Shown here one piece after another: positions 24,769-38,572 of a stretch of 64,000 nucleotides of DNA. Position 1 is the first letter of the stretch. Every line of letters starts with the position of its first letter. The stretch covers positions 62,001-126,000 of the forward strand of contig QPGO01000158.1 in the NCBI GenBank assembly GCA_008632985.1, read 5' to 3'. The DNA comes from Psammoneis japonica (lineage: Eukaryota). A program made the translations under genes and the position numbers. The notes beneath the pieces are model-generated. The model was not told where the DNA came from. It did no database searches and worked only from the letters and a program-made list of their open reading frames with translations.

Positions 24769-27020
24769 TTACTGGTTCACACAGTCGTCGTTATCATCAC
24801 AGCAAATCGTGCAGCAAGGGCAGACGACTTCGTCAATGCAGTCTGCCGAAAGAAAATTAAGCAAGGGAGGGATAATGCCACCCATGTCATCACAAAAGAA
24901 AGACATGTCTCCGGATAAGCGATTTAGACTCAAGCCAAGACTCTCTGCATCGATAAACCACGCCAAGGAAATAAAATGCGTAAGATTTGATAGTAATAGC
25001 ATAGGGAAATAACTCTTTGGCGTTTGTCCGGTGCTGAAACTTCGGTGGACTTACGAAGAAACGTGAAACGAGAAAGAAATTCTGGTATCGTTCCTGTCAA
25101 CTCATTTTCCAACAACAAAAGAATGGTAAGATTCTCCGAGAGATTTTGAAACTCCGCTGGAATAGGGCCACTGAAAGAGTTTGAGCTCAAGTCTGCCACC
25201 GTTAAGCTTGACATGTTGCCAATTGACGGCGGTAGAGTCCCATTCAATGTGTTGTTTTGAACTGAAAACAGCGTCACACTTGTCAAACGGCCAATGTCAC
25301 TTGGAAGGCTGCCTGTAAAGGCGTTGTCTGAGAAATCCAAGGATGTTGCTAAAGTCAAGTTCGATATAGTGCTGGGAATCGGACCAGTGAGGTGGTTGTC
25401 TTGCACATTCATTGCTTGTAGGAAGGGAAGAGAACCCAGGTCCGAAGGTAGCGTGCCCGTCAGGCGATTAAGACTTAGATTGAGAAGGATGAGCGCCAAC
25501 AATCTCGAAGGAAAGGACATGGGAAACGCTGTCAGATTATTTCCGGACAAAACGACACCGGTAAGTGAGGATAGCTGTAGGAAGCTCTCCGGAACTGACC
25601 CGCCAAGAGAAGGATTTCCCGAGATAACTACGGCCCGTAGACTTGTGGCTCTGCCGATCTCTGATGGAATACTCCCGGTGAGCGACGTCCCTTCAATCCA
25701 AAGCGCCCCGAGAAGAGAGAGGTTCCCAATCTCCGAAGGGATTGTCCCAGAAAAGTCATTTTCAGGCAGCCACAAGACCTGCAGAGTCGAAATGCCGAAT
25801 AGCGCCAGGGGCAACGGCCCGCTGATACTGTTTGAGTTCAACGAAAGGGACACCAGTTCCGACAATGCCCCAATCTCAGGGGGAAGACTTCCTGTCAAAT
25901 TGTTTTCCACTCTCAGATCATACCATGATCGAAAAAACGCGTGAGAATCGTTTTGCTACGGGTACCACAAAAGCAAAGTAATGGCATTTTGTCACTCACT
26001 GATTTCGATCGTCATCACCTCTAGTTGAGGTGTGCAGGATACAATGCCAATAGAACCGGAAATTGTGAAGGATCCAGCTGGAACAGCGTCTGACCATTCA
26101 CATTCATGCGTGTCTGGCGAAAGAAAGTTGGCTTGGTTTGTCCAACTCTCATCCCCACCAGTTGCAAAATAGAATACAACCAGGGCAAAGCGCTGCATGA
26201 AACGGTCGGAAGTAACGTCAGTCAAATCCAAATTAGTGTCCTCGTGAGCGATCCAGTCAGCCGCACGGTATTGGGGCGACGTCGTGTCATCAAGGGATAT
26301 GCCAAAGGTGGACTCCACCAGCGCCGCCACACCTGCAAATGCAAAACTCGTCGGTGCTTCACTTGGGGCCACTGAAGGAGACATGGACGGCGTAGTGCTT
26401 GGTGTTTGTGTACTTTCAGCGCTGCCGTCACCGCCACGACCAAGGACGATTCCTAGCGTCGCGCCTACAGCAGCCGTCACAAGGACCACAAGAACCACCA
26501 CCACCGTAATCCATCTCCTCCTGCGTCTGGATTCCTTGGGAACATCTGCTCTAACGTCCACGGCGACAACGGCATTTTCTAGGAATTCTCTCTGGCGTTG
26601 AAACTCTAAGTCTTCCGTCAACATGCCTTCTAGAACAGGCTCGTCGGGGCTTGCTTCCGGCGAAACGTTACTTGCCGGACTTTGTTCTTCCATGACGCTT
26701 TGCCTCATCTGCTGCAGTGGAGCCAAACCATCGTCCGGCTGCTGTCTTGATAGCATGGATCTTCTCGTGCGTTCTCGAGAATCCGTGCGAACGGCTGGTT
26801 GATCAATCGCTGCTTCGGGTAATCGAGCCCCCGATTGACTCCTCCCTTCGTACCTAGTGCTGTTAAACATTGTCAGCTCTAGACCACTCACTGGCTCAGC
26901 CTTAGCCGCTTTCTTAGATTTCCGGTGGCCTTCGCGATTTGAAGCTGGCTTCATACTTTTGCGATTGCTCTTCCGAGAGCCGGTTTTCTTGCTTTTGAGC
27001 TTTTCGTCACCCATTTTCAT
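24769..27020 (-). CDS. Membrane-anchored leucine-rich-repeat receptor-like protein (diatom type), 3 exons with introns near 25915-25999 and 24960-25053
   Basis: TM WITVVVVLVVLVTAAVGATLGIVLG; cap SPQYRAADWIA..QRFALVVFYFATGG..W..HECEW; plant-type LRRs LxxNxLtGxIPxxIG; terminal CPCCTICC. Confidence 0.9.
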
Positions 27021-27634
27021 GTTGTAGCTGTCGGCTTGCTCTTACGCTTTGTTACAATTGTATCTTCTTCGTCTTCGATGCCGTTCAACCCATCCGCCTT
27101 TGTGTCAATCATGCTCCTCTTTTCTCGTTTGAACTAGTCGTACACATTGTTGAAGTTGAGGGCGAGGCGTGTCAAGACAGGAGGCAACTCCTTGCTTCTT
27201 TCTCCTTGGTTTCTATCGCCCGTTGCGTGACGCACAAAACTTCAACTTGACATCATCTCATCGCGCGACGCAATGAGCTGCCAATCTTATTCCTGAATGT
27301 TTGCTGCAAACTCACTGCTTGACAACATTGGATGCGCCGCAGTTTCCACAGCTCTGCCACAACATGAGGTGATTTTAGCGCGTCGTCATCATGTCGGAAG
27401 CACTTTTGGAATTTTTCGGAACTTTGTTTGTTCGCAGTTTGCCGTTTGCCGTTTCGGACGGACGTTTCGGGTGTGTCCCGTCTGTCTGGTGGGGCGGATG
27501 GACGGGGCCACGCTCGCTTCATGCGCATGCGCGATTTCTTATTAGAAATTTCGGCACATGTCCGGTCACGTAGGTAGCTCCGAGTTTATGAAGAAAAAGA
27601 GGAGGAAAAGGAGGAGGGAGACGAGAGAGATTAA

Positions 27635-29575
27635 CGGGCGGGGACCCCCCCCGTAAGTCTGTACGTCCATCCGCTTGAGCAACTTTTTCGACTTGAACGC
27701 AACCACTCTCGTGTTGATCGCCGCGACAATTTCCACTTCAATCTGTTGTGTGCCAACCTTGTTGCAGCTGTTCTGCTGGCGATCCTTTTCAATGAATCGT
27801 TTGTTCTGCTCCTGTTGGGGATGTTTGGTGAAAAGGATCGCCGGCAGAAAGTGTTTTGCAACAACAACAATTGCACCTCAATGTCGCCGTTGCCAGTCAG
27901 CAGCGATGCCCCAAACGCCTCCAAGCCCACCCAAATGGAAGATGAAGCCAACCAAAAGAAGCATGCAATCCCGGTGGATGATGTGTGGTGCTGGCATGGT
28001 GGAAAACCAGGGTTTCAGTGCCGTGGGCAAGTCGCAAAATGTTGATGTTCTTTGTCGTGTTGCGCCAACGTCGCGCATCTCACGAACATTCGTTTGGTCG
28101 TTGCAACTGTCCTGCTGTCAACACTTTCCTGTAAATCAATTGTTCTGCTCCTGTTGGTGAGGTTTGATCAAAAGGATCGACAGCAGAAGGTGTTTCCATG
28201 ACAGCAATTGTTTGTCTCCATGTCGCCGTCGCCGACCCAGTGACACAACAAACGCCTCCACCAGCCCACATTCCACCCAAATGGAAGGTCAAGCCGATGG
28301 AAAGAAATGGAGGAAGAGGTGCAAGCGGGTGACATGGAGTGCCCTTGGCTGACCCTTTGTTGACAGAGAAGATTTGAATGTGAAAATAACCACAAACGGT
28401 GTCTTTTGTGTTTTGGCGGCATCAAACAAACATGCATTCAGTCGAGGTGCCGGAAACAAAAAAAGAATGCCAAACTGTCTCCTGTGGGATGTTCACAATG
28501 CCTGCCCATTGGTGAACAACAAGTGCAAGGGTTTGAAACATTGTCTGATCTGGGACAACTGCAACTGGATGCAACGCTGCTTGTCAGTGTGCACCGTGCA
28601 CTCACCGCAACTCTCGATTCTAGGTTTTGATTCTATGACTCTCGATTCTTGGTGCCTTCTGATGGGAACACTCAACAAAGCATTGCTTTGAAGTCTCAGG
28701 ATGGTGATTGCTGCTCGAGTGACTCCCACACAACGAAATGGGGCCACCCAACATGCCAGTCGCGTTGCGCATTTGCGGATTTCCCATTTCCGATCATGCT
28801 CTCTACAAACCATTAAATTGGTGTCTAAGAATCTTGCATCAACACCCATTGCTGCTAAAGAAACTCCCCCAAATGCCCAACATGATGGCCACATTGCGGT
28901 TGTGTTTTCAAGGATTGCCTGATTCTGACAGTTGCTGCTGGACTGCTGGAGCTCACATTTGCAAAATCATCCGACAGATCAATGTCGACCAATTTCTCAC
29001 CGGAGCCCATGGTTCTGCCATGATCACCAGTTGTAGATTCTGAATCACTGTGAGGCAATTCTTCTGAACTGCCAAAAGTGTCGGGAGCAGCGGCATCGTT
29101 TCTATCCTTGTAGCCAGCCGGCTTCAGACAGTGTCTGAATGGCTTCCACGACGGCTGTGTCTTCCTTTTCTTTCACTTTGCTTAGAACCCAATCATTGGA
29201 AGCAAACACCCTTTAGGCTTGCATGCTTCACAGCAGCTGTGCTGGAGGTCTTCACCCGGCCAAGTGACAGTGTAGTAGTGTAACCCTCGGCACAGTTGTC
29301 TGCGCGAAGTGCGACCGAATTTGAGGCGCCTCAGAAGGCAGACGAGATGTTGGACTTGACAACTCCCAGAAAGATGCCACGTTGCTGGGCCTTAAACACA
29401 AGGCCACTATCCATCCATACACATTGAAAGGTAGCCGGAAACGCGGTGATAAGAAGCCTTACGGCGTCAGCAATCTTCATGGTTGATTTGCTGTTTTTGT
29501 GACGGAAAAAATGTCGCGTGTCTATCGCGGAGCGGAATCGCTACGGGCAACGTACAGACTTGCGGGGGGTCCCCG
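27635..29575. mobile_element. About 1.94 kb non-autonomous TIR element flanked by TTAA on both sides
   Basis: Left ttaa|cgggcggggaccccccccgtaagtctgtacgt; right acgtacagacttgcggggggtccccg|ttaa (inverted). Confidence 0.85.
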
Positions 29576-30899
29576 TTAAGATGTCAAAGCGCACGCACGA
29601 CGCCCAGACGACTAACGTGTGGTCGAATGAATCGGTTCTCCTAGTCCATAATGATGATGTTATCCGACACAAAAAAAAACAACCATGGCGGCAGCAACAG
29701 CCGCTGCTCGATGTTGTTGCAAAACCTTTTCCCACAACAAATATGAATGCATAACATTCTCTATTTTTTTCTCATAAGTGTATCCACTAAAAGAGAGGTA
29801 AGAGAAAATCCAAAAATGGATAAAAACTCCCTTCTGTTGACATTGCTGCTTTTGATGATCCATCTCACAACTTGCGCGTTTCAATTTCTTTTTGTACTGG
29901 ACAGATTGACGAGCACCGAACCTCTTTCTTGGTAAAGAATAATGACTAAAACTCCTTCTGATGTTGCAAAAAAAAAAACTCGCGGGCGCCGTTGTTCCAC
30001 TTTGCCGCCGCTACAACACGCCACACTCCACACTCAGGCTTGTGAAACATTGCATTTTATGTTAAATGTGCAATTCTTTAGAACCATGCAATGCACACAA
30101 AAATGATCTTGTATAAGAAAAATAACTACAAACATTTTCATGGCAATAAAAATGCATGTAAAATGCAGTGCACAAATGTGCATTTCCCAAGTGTGTGTCC
30201 CGCGCTTTGCAATGAGCGGCGAAATGCCACGCACGAAAAGATCTTCTCTTCCACCTCTTCAATGTTCACCTTCATGGTTTGGGGGGTCGGGATCATCACT
30301 GAGTGGCTCACGACCAATGTTCTTCAAAGAATCATCATGCTTGCCGTTGCAATGCAACGATGAGTGAGCTCCGTTTGGATGGGTGGCTCCCCCAATCGCA
30401 TTTGCGGGGCTGGCAACTGCAGCCAAAAATTTTGTGTGGTGATGCATGACAAAGCTCATCTCGCGATCGCTCTTAAGTGCATTTATTGCACATCAACACA
30501 CGTGTTGTTGCCAACAGAAAATGACTGAAAACATTTTTTCAGGACTTAAAATGTGTGTCAAATGCTCACATTTACATTTGCCACGTTGACAAACACAATG
30601 TTTTGCAAGCCTGTCCATGCTGGCATCTGCAAGACCGGCATTGCTTGACGCAGTCGGCGTTTGAAGGCAGTGTGATGGTCAGCGTGGAAGTCTTTGGAGT
30701 GACCTTTCAAGGGTTGATGGTGTTGAGGAGCATGGTGGCGCCGCTGGCGCTGTTGATGCACGATTGGTGATCTGCAAGAGCAGGTGGCACTGTGGCAGCT
30801 GTGCAGTGTGGGAGTCGGCGGCGTTGGAGCAGTTGCTCGTGATTTGTTGCATTGCATTTGCACTTTTGTCCTAGAGAGCTCATCTCTGTGGCATTGTTT

Positions 30900-33800
30900 C
30901 TGACTTCAGTCATCAACAGCATGTTCTGCAGGGCACGCAAGTGCCGCTGCTGCTGCAACTGTTGCGACTGCTGGTGCAGGAATCGGCGGCCTTGGAGCAG
31001 CAAGTCGGCATGGTGGTGGGCGGCGTGGCAATGGCAGGCGGAGTGGCAGGCAGTGGTGTTGGAGTGCTGCCAGGCAGGTGGTGCAGGAGTCGGCGGCATT
31101 GCAACAGCTGGGCAGTGTGGGGGTTGGTTTGGCTGGAGCAGCTGGCTTGTGCAGGGAGTGGGTGGCATTGGAGCAGCTGTGCGGCATGGCAGTCGGCGGA
31201 GTTGGAGCAGCCAGGAGGTGCAGGAGTTGGCATGTGGGATGGTGCATTGCTGCATGGGAGTCAGCAGCATTGGAGCAGCTGGGTGCACTGGAGTGGGAAA
31301 CTGTGGGTTTATTTTGTTGTCGCCGACTTCAACCCATCATCACCAAGTTGGAAACTCAGGGTCGACACCGATGTTGTTCTTTGATCGGATCCTCTTCCAT
31401 TTTCGCTTTACAAAGTTGGATTCTACCGCTTTTAGATCATCTCCGATGTTGCACCCGCATGGCACCTCCCAGAAGGCCACCCGGTCCTCCGTTGGCACCG
31501 CACAGCATGCTGCTGTGTTGGCCGCCACCTTTCTGTCGTGTCTCGGACCTTTGCGATTCAAGCCGCAACGGAAACACCGCTGTGCTGTTCGACTGGGTGC
31601 CTTTCTTTTTCGATCATCTTGACTTGGTGGAGGCTCTGGCATTCAGATGTGTTGCCTGCTCTTTGCTGATTCCATCACAGCTGTGTTCCGGGCCGGTCTG
31701 CTGATCTGCGCTGGCGGCAAATTCACCAGTTGGCATTCTCCAGCTGCTCCAAATGGCTCGGATCTTTCAGGTGGGCTTGGAAGGGGTGGTCAAAAGGTTT
31801 GCAGTCGTGCGGTTGCGTGCATGTCTTTTCGTAGCCTGTTGGACTCACTGCTGACGACAACTGTTCTCTCTGCGCCAGAGTCGGTGCGCATCGTGCTCGT
31901 TTGACAAACAGTTTTCTCCCTGAGTTTCTGATGCTCGACCTTTTTGTGCCGGCAGTGGGCAGAAAGAATTGATGCTGTCTTCCTGAACATTTGGCGACGC
32001 TCACCAAGTGGTTTCTGCCATTTAGTGTCTACGAGATCGTCCCAACAACCGTTCATTCTGGCAAAATCGTACAACCCACGCTGATTTCGGTTGTTGCGGC
32101 TGTATTTTGCGAACAGTGGAAGCATTTCCTGAAACACTTCAGCTTTGTGTCCTGTGACTTGTGTCACAGGAATTCCATCCCGACCATCACGCTCGGCGAG
32201 GAACTCCATTGCGTCAGACATGGCGGTCTCCACTGCATTTGCCAGCGACTCAGCTGAATTCTTTGCACGCAGCAGTGCCATGCATCGATCCTCAATTGGA
32301 GTGCAAGTGCCTCCTCCGGCGAATCCAAAGTCATTTGGGTTTGCAAGATCCCCTTGGCACTGGTGCATTCCGTGCTCTTAGTTGGCAGTTTGCATGTTGT
32401 GGACAGTTTCGTGATTGTAGAACTTGTCGCACTCGGAAGAAGCAAGTCCCCTTTCTGTGGCCCGATCGTGGTTCCATCTGTGCACGAATGTCGCCAGAAG
32501 GCACACTGCCAGCAAGGGTGATGAATGACATGCAGCCAATGCTTCTTTAAGATGCTTGTGGAAACCCTCAAGTTGTGACGTCCCACGAACACAATGCAAA
32601 GTCGTCTTTCCACTCATCGGTTCGGTTCGGACGCAGTGGCAGTCGAAGCCGGGTTTGTCACTGACCCACCCTTTCTTTGTGTGTCTGACAAAGTTGAAGT
32701 GCACTTTCCAAGTTTCCTTTGAAAACAGGAGTTCACCTGATTTGGCACACTTGACATCAGCGATGAATCGAACGGCATTCTTCATGCGGGACAGAAGAGC
32801 ACTGGGCTCAGGTGTGATTCTCTCAATGTCTGCCAATGTCTTGGATGAAGGTCGACTCATCCTCCTTTTAGCCTCCTTTTTTGCTTCCTTGGGATTGTTG
32901 TGCCACCGACCATGCACACGGTTTGCCAGCTTTTCTGCCAGCTTCTCGATTTCAACGTCAAGCTTCTCTTGGTTGATCAATGGCATCAAGTCACAAAGCA
33001 GACCCGAACCTTCTTCGTAAAAGCCATGTTTCTTTTTCCAGGTTTTTTTAATGTCCTTCAGGAAATGAAAGGGATCACCTTTGACTCCGTTTCGTTTGTA
33101 GACCTCAGCTGCTGCTTCATCCCCAGTGAGCATCTCGATGTCGCCGTCCTCGCAATCATGTTGCAGCACTGCAAACTGAAGCTGATCGTCGTCATGGTCA
33201 TTTCGAATGCCATGCGATTCTGGGAACTCACTGAGACTGGCACCTCCTGGCAAATGCTCTCTTTCTTCTTCACTAAGATGGAGGCCTTCCAGTGAGTCTT
33301 CGTGCTGCTCATCACTGGGATTGATGTCTGCTCCAACGCTCACGCCTTGATCATTGTCTGTGCCATTGATTGTGACATTGTCCATGCCGTCTTCATCGTC
33401 AGTGCCGTCGATTGCGCTGCTGTAACCTGCGTGACAGCAGCCACCTTCATCTTGGTCGGCTGTTGCATCAGGACTGCTTCCGGCTTCGTCGAATGTGTCA
33501 TTGTCTGTGCCGTCTTCATCATCAGCGATGTCGATTGCATTGCTGTCACCGACGTGATCGCACGTGCCACCTTCATCTTGGTCGGCTGTTGCACCAGGAC
33601 CGCTTCCGGCTTCGTCGAATGTGTTGTTGTCTGTGCCGTCTTCATCGTCAGCGATGTCCATTGCGTTGCTGTCACTGACGCCATTGCATGCGCCACCTTC
33701 ATCTTGGTCAGCTGTTGCATTTGGACCGCTTCCATTTTTGTTGAATGTGTCATTGTCTGTGCCGTCGATTGCGTCGTCGTCTGCATCGTCTTCGGAAAAC

Positions 33801-36691
33801 TTGTGACGAGCTGCAGCACTCGTCACGTCTGCCTCGGTTGACAAAACCATTCGGGATTGCTTCCATGGTGCAATGCGATTGCCCCCGACCATGGAATCTC
33901 TGAGTGTTGCAAATGCCTTGTCTGCTTTGTTGTAGAAAGGATGGGGCACTTTCGCGCTCGGATTGACCACAGCCTTGACTGCGACCTTTGTGTCCTCGCA
34001 CGTTCTCAGCTTCCCATCAACAAGCTCCTCGGCTTTCATGTTTACATCTTGCATGTTTCCACATGCAACAATGGTGTTTGACGTGAGAGAAAAGAGACGA
34101 ACAGGAAGTCCAGGTTCCAAGTCGTCTTCACTCGGCTTTCGATGCATGGCTGCGAGCTTTTGCAACTCATGCCAAAGTGCCAGTGACAGCCAAGCATCCA
34201 GTGCGGCATAAATCACTGGCTCGAGACGCAATTGCTGGGTGCTCCATTTTGACCTGGCAAGGCTTTTGTCAACACGACATCCCAAGAATTTTTTGACCAT
34301 TGTTTCCATCTTTCTACGTTCTCCTTGCTGGAACAATCCGTGCCGGTCAGCGACGTCTCGGCAGTCAAAAGTCTTGATCAAGTCAATGCCAAACAGTTGT
34401 TCAGGACAATGACTTCACAGTCTTGTCACATCGCCTTTCACGTTCACGCCAACCAGGTGCACCTTGGAATGTGCAAGAAGTTGACGCAGAATCCCGTGTG
34501 TCTCACACCACCCACTGACGTTCGGAGCACCATGTCGGCCGTCGCTGTTTCTTGTCATGTTTGGAAATGCTGCCCACAATTTGATCACGCCAACTGACCG
34601 AGGGCACGGGTGGTCAGTTGCAATCTGCACCACAATGGGAACTTGGTTTTGCAAGTCATCATTTGTCAAGCTGTCCCACTCCACGTCGAAACCCACGCAC
34701 ACTTTGTCCTCAGCAACTTCGTCGACAGCGGTCAAGATTGGGAGGCAGAAGTCCTTCAGCTCCTTGCACATGTCCATCACCAGTGGATCAACCCCGTCGG
34801 GCAAGGAAGCCAAAGGAACTGTTGCGGCTTGATTTGCGTTGCTTTTGTCCAATCTGCCAAGGGGTGGCATTGCCCTGACAATCATTGGGCACTCATGGCA
34901 GCAATTGTCAGTGTAGAACAATTCAACTTCCTCGCAGGCGTGCACCTTGTGCCGATGTTGGACCACCTTCAAAATGTTTTCAACCTCTTCACAGTCTCCG
35001 CTCCGAACAAAGCGAATGTCCACCACCTGGTTGCATTCATTCATTGCAGTGTAGACAGAATCACATGCTCGCACGCTGCCGCCGGTGGCGCCAGTGACAA
35101 ATGCAAACTCAATGACCTTGCACGACTTGTCACCGAAAAGAACCTTTCCTGACACCATTTCAAGACATCTTTCAAAGTGTGGCAGCTTGGTGATGACACG
35201 ATTCACAAAGACACTTTGCAGATGCTGCCTCGACGGAGGACTGCGCACTCGCACCGTGTCGAATTTTGCAGTCATCGCATTTTCGAACTCGGGCTTCGGC
35301 ACGCTCTGAACAGTGCCTCGCAATTTTGGGTTAAAGTGCACAGCTTGAAACTGCTCCTTCAATTCAAAATGCTTGTTCTTTTGTTTTGCAGCAAGTTCAT
35401 TGTGAATTGCATTGAAGCTTCTTTTCGTCGAGACCGCCTCGACAATGTGGTTTGACAACTGCACTGTCACAGCCCCACGTTTCGTCATTGCTGCATTGAA
35501 AATGCCTCTCACGTTGGTTGTGAGATGAGCTAGCACCTCATCACAATGGCCAGCAAAATGGTGAGGATGGTTTTCAATGTCCCCACAATCTTCATCACCC
35601 ACTCGGAATTCGTCTGGAGCCGCATCTCGCAGTTTCCTAGGTGATTTAATGCTGCAACAGTGTTGACCCAAAAACATGCTTCCGACTGACCCATCTTCAT
35701 CAATGAATGTACGAACGAAGTTGTTGTAAAAAAGATCTCTGCAAGTGCAGGGTTGTTTGGTTTCCGTGTCGCATCGGAAGCCGTGCCATTTGCATGGCAT
35801 CTGACCAGTCGGCAGCAGGTGTGGGGCCGTTCTGTTGGGAGAAAAGAATGTCATTTGACAGAAGCACTTAACCAGCATGTCCACAAATGTTGGGGCTCTC
35901 TGAAGCTTAAAAGGTGCTGTCCATTCACATTCTTCAGATTTCCAAGGGAAATCCTTCGCCCCAGTTGAATGCCGAATGTGTTGATTTGATTGTTTGCATT
36001 TGTTTTTCATGTCCTTTCTCAGCTTGTGCATGACCTCTCCAACAATTTTCCAAAACATGCGTGGCACTTGCTCCATGTTGACACCCGGGAGGGGGTCTTC
36101 ATCAGTTGGCTCTTTTGCAGCCTGTTGCGGTGCGTCTGCAGGTGCATCTGCAGGGACGACCTCAGGGTTGTTGTCGTCACAGTCATTTTCTAGAGGAGCT
36201 CCAGCAGCAGCCCCTTGCACAACAACAGCTAAATTTCCATCGTCTGTCAATGCCTGACGCCTCCGTGGTAAAAAGAAATTTTGTGGGGCCCTTGCTTCCG
36301 CTCGGCTTGCTGCCAGCTGTCTGTTTTGCTTGAGTTCTGCAGCAAGTCGCCGGTCCCGATGCTGCCGCTCTTTTTCCTCTTTTTGCTTGTCCCTTTCAAT
36401 CTGTGCATTCGTCCTCCTGTTGTGTGTGCTTCCTCCAGCACGCCCCCGCCCCTTCTTCTTTTGCAGTTCCGACTCCCGTCTCACACGCGGATTTGCTGCG
36501 TACGGATTTGCCACCGGCGCGTGTTGCGATGCGGGTGCTTGTGTTGTTGTCAGCTGTTGCGCTTGATGCTGTTCTTCCTGACCTGCTCTTCCTTGCTGCT
36601 GCAACAAATCTGATGGCAATGCAGCTTGATCTGTGCCTTGCTGCGCCATTGGAGGCCGTGGCTCAGAAGGATCAGCTGCTTCTTCTGACAT
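30900..36691 (-). pseudogene. Degraded DDE-type transposase with an inserted DEDDy 3'-5' exonuclease domain
   Basis: Consecutive ORFs 34415-36697, 32378-34381, 31790-32368, 31340-31642. Transposase-like motifs LFGDKS, TAMNECNQV, FYTDNCC, GDPFH, RGTSQLEGFH. Exonuclease motifs GFDVEW, GVNVKGD, YAALDA. Confidence 0.75.
33350..33780 (-). repeat. 126-bp (42-aa) acidic coding tandem repeat, about 3.3 units
   Basis: ccaccttcatcttggtc at 33441, 33567 and 33693; unit DEDGTDNxTFDEAGSxPxATADQDEGG..SNAxDIAD. Confidence 0.92.
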
Positions 36692-37328
36692 CGTCAACGC
36701 TGCAAGTCAATGTTGACATTGTTTTTCCTCTCGTTTTGGCGTGTTGATTGAAGTGTGAATGAAACAAAGAGGATTCCCTCTTTCCTGTCGTCACACAATT
36801 TGCACCATGTTGGACCGTTCATTTCTGCTTGTCGTCACAGAAATGGAGTTGTGTCGTCACAGGATTCTGCACAAGTTCCAGTGCATTTCCCACACGATTT
36901 ATGAAGAGCTGCCTGCGCAGCTGGACGATTGCCGAAATTTCGCGCAAAACATGATGTCATGATTCACCCGCCCATGGTTCAGTCTGGACGGTTGAGCCAT
37001 TGACCCACGGCCGCGGCATCCCCAATCACCCACACACCATTTTGCATGATGTTCTCCCACCAGAATCTGCTAAGAAGACTGCTTGGGTGGATTGAGCATG
37101 CTTTGTCGGCCGCCCTTCTTTTGCTCTTCTCACTCTTCTCAATGGCTCAAATGAGAGACAAGGTGGTCAAGAGACACTCTCAAACAGAGTTGCTTTGGCA
37201 GCTTTCCATGCTGACAATCCAGCTGCTGAGCTGATTTGCTCTGAAAATCTGAGGCACTTTCTGAGCTGTGCAGTTGGTTCTTGCACGCTCTCCTCTCTGT
37301 GTGCATGATCCCAAAAAGTGCGCACACA

Positions 37329-37359
37329 AGAGAGAGAGAGAGAGAGAGAGAAGAGAGAG
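37329..37359. repeat. (GA)n microsatellite
   Basis: agagagagagagagagagagagaagagagag. Confidence 0.9.
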
Positions 37360-38572
37360 CTTTGCGAGAAAAGGAAGACAGGCAGGTCAAGCAGCTCATG
37401 CACCCGCAGATGTGAAGGCACTTTTTGAGCCATCCAACAAAAGTTTGTGAAGAAAGCTGGGTCAGACAAAAGGAAAGAAAGAGGGGGATCAACAGTGAGT
37501 GGCCGACATCAATGCAGCCAAGGCTCTGCGATTGAAAAGAAGAAAAGAGTCGTCGATTGACACAACGCTTCAAATGCATGAAGTCATTTGCATGCCCCAT
37601 GCATCTGTCAAAAGTGTGCAAAAAAGCTCAGTGAGAAAAGAAAGGAAAAAAAGTGGCCTTGGCATTTGCAGATGACAGGGCGCTTTTTTTGAGCACTCAA
37701 GCTGGTCTCACTCTCCACCATGCTGAGTGCGCATCTGTCACAAGTGTGTGAAGAAAGCTGGGTGAGCAACAGAAGAGGCAGATCAAGTGGTTTGTGCCAA
37801 GGTGGTTGGGGCTGCAATTGAAAAGAAAAAGAAAAAAAGAGAAAAATGTTGATTTGCTCAAACACGTCACACTCTGAATGCAAACAGTTTTGGTGAATGT
37901 TCTCCCAAGCAAGTGTTTCAAATTCAAGAAACATGGCTTTTCTGGTGATGGTGCTCTGATGTGTGAGGATTGCTGCAACAAAAATGACAGCCTTGAGTGA
38001 GCAGCTTGCCCCAAATGCTGTGCCTCCCTCTGTGAAAATGATTCTCACTGTGCAATCCCAGCCACATGCGCAAAGCCCATGTGAGGGATTCATTGGTCAT
38101 CTTCCTTGTGCCAAAAAAGACAATTGTGGTGGAGAGACATGGGGATGATCCAACTGTGGTGAAGATGATTTCATTGAAGAGCAATGCGCAGCAATTTCTA
38201 AGAATGTGAAGTTGAATGCCAACAGCCACTGTGCAATGAATGTGTCTGTTGTCTTTATCTTCTCCATCGTCTCTATTGCTGGCAACAATTTACGCATGTG
38301 TGGAGGCTGTTAACATGAATGCAAGGATTGGGACACGCATGCTGGCCACTGGTGATTCAGACATCAGTGGTGCGGTGGCTTGCCGTCAAAATGCTCGTGA
38401 TGAAGTTGTGTAATGTGTGTTAATGTATCTTTTTCTAATTTCGATCAACACTGTACTGTTTCACAATCTTCCTCGCACATCATTCCTTCCTTCGCAGGTC
38501 GAAAAACAACCACCGCGAGTAATATATTTATGATATATCGACTGCATTAAAGCATTTGGAGATTCCATACAT

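Larger units (their letters stand above)
27480..36995 (-). mobile_element. Large DNA transposon (Mutator-like, tentative) with diverged inverted repeats; contains a nested TTAA element
   Basis: Inverted match between 27545-27580 and 36906-36941 (27/36 identical), weaker similarity further out; encloses a degraded transposase-like ORF. Confidence 0.55.

Noticed and set aside
30900..31300. Separate Ala/Pro/Cys-rich gene
   Set aside because: Low-complexity ggcattggagcagctg-type repeats, best read as the mutated tail of the transposase ORF.
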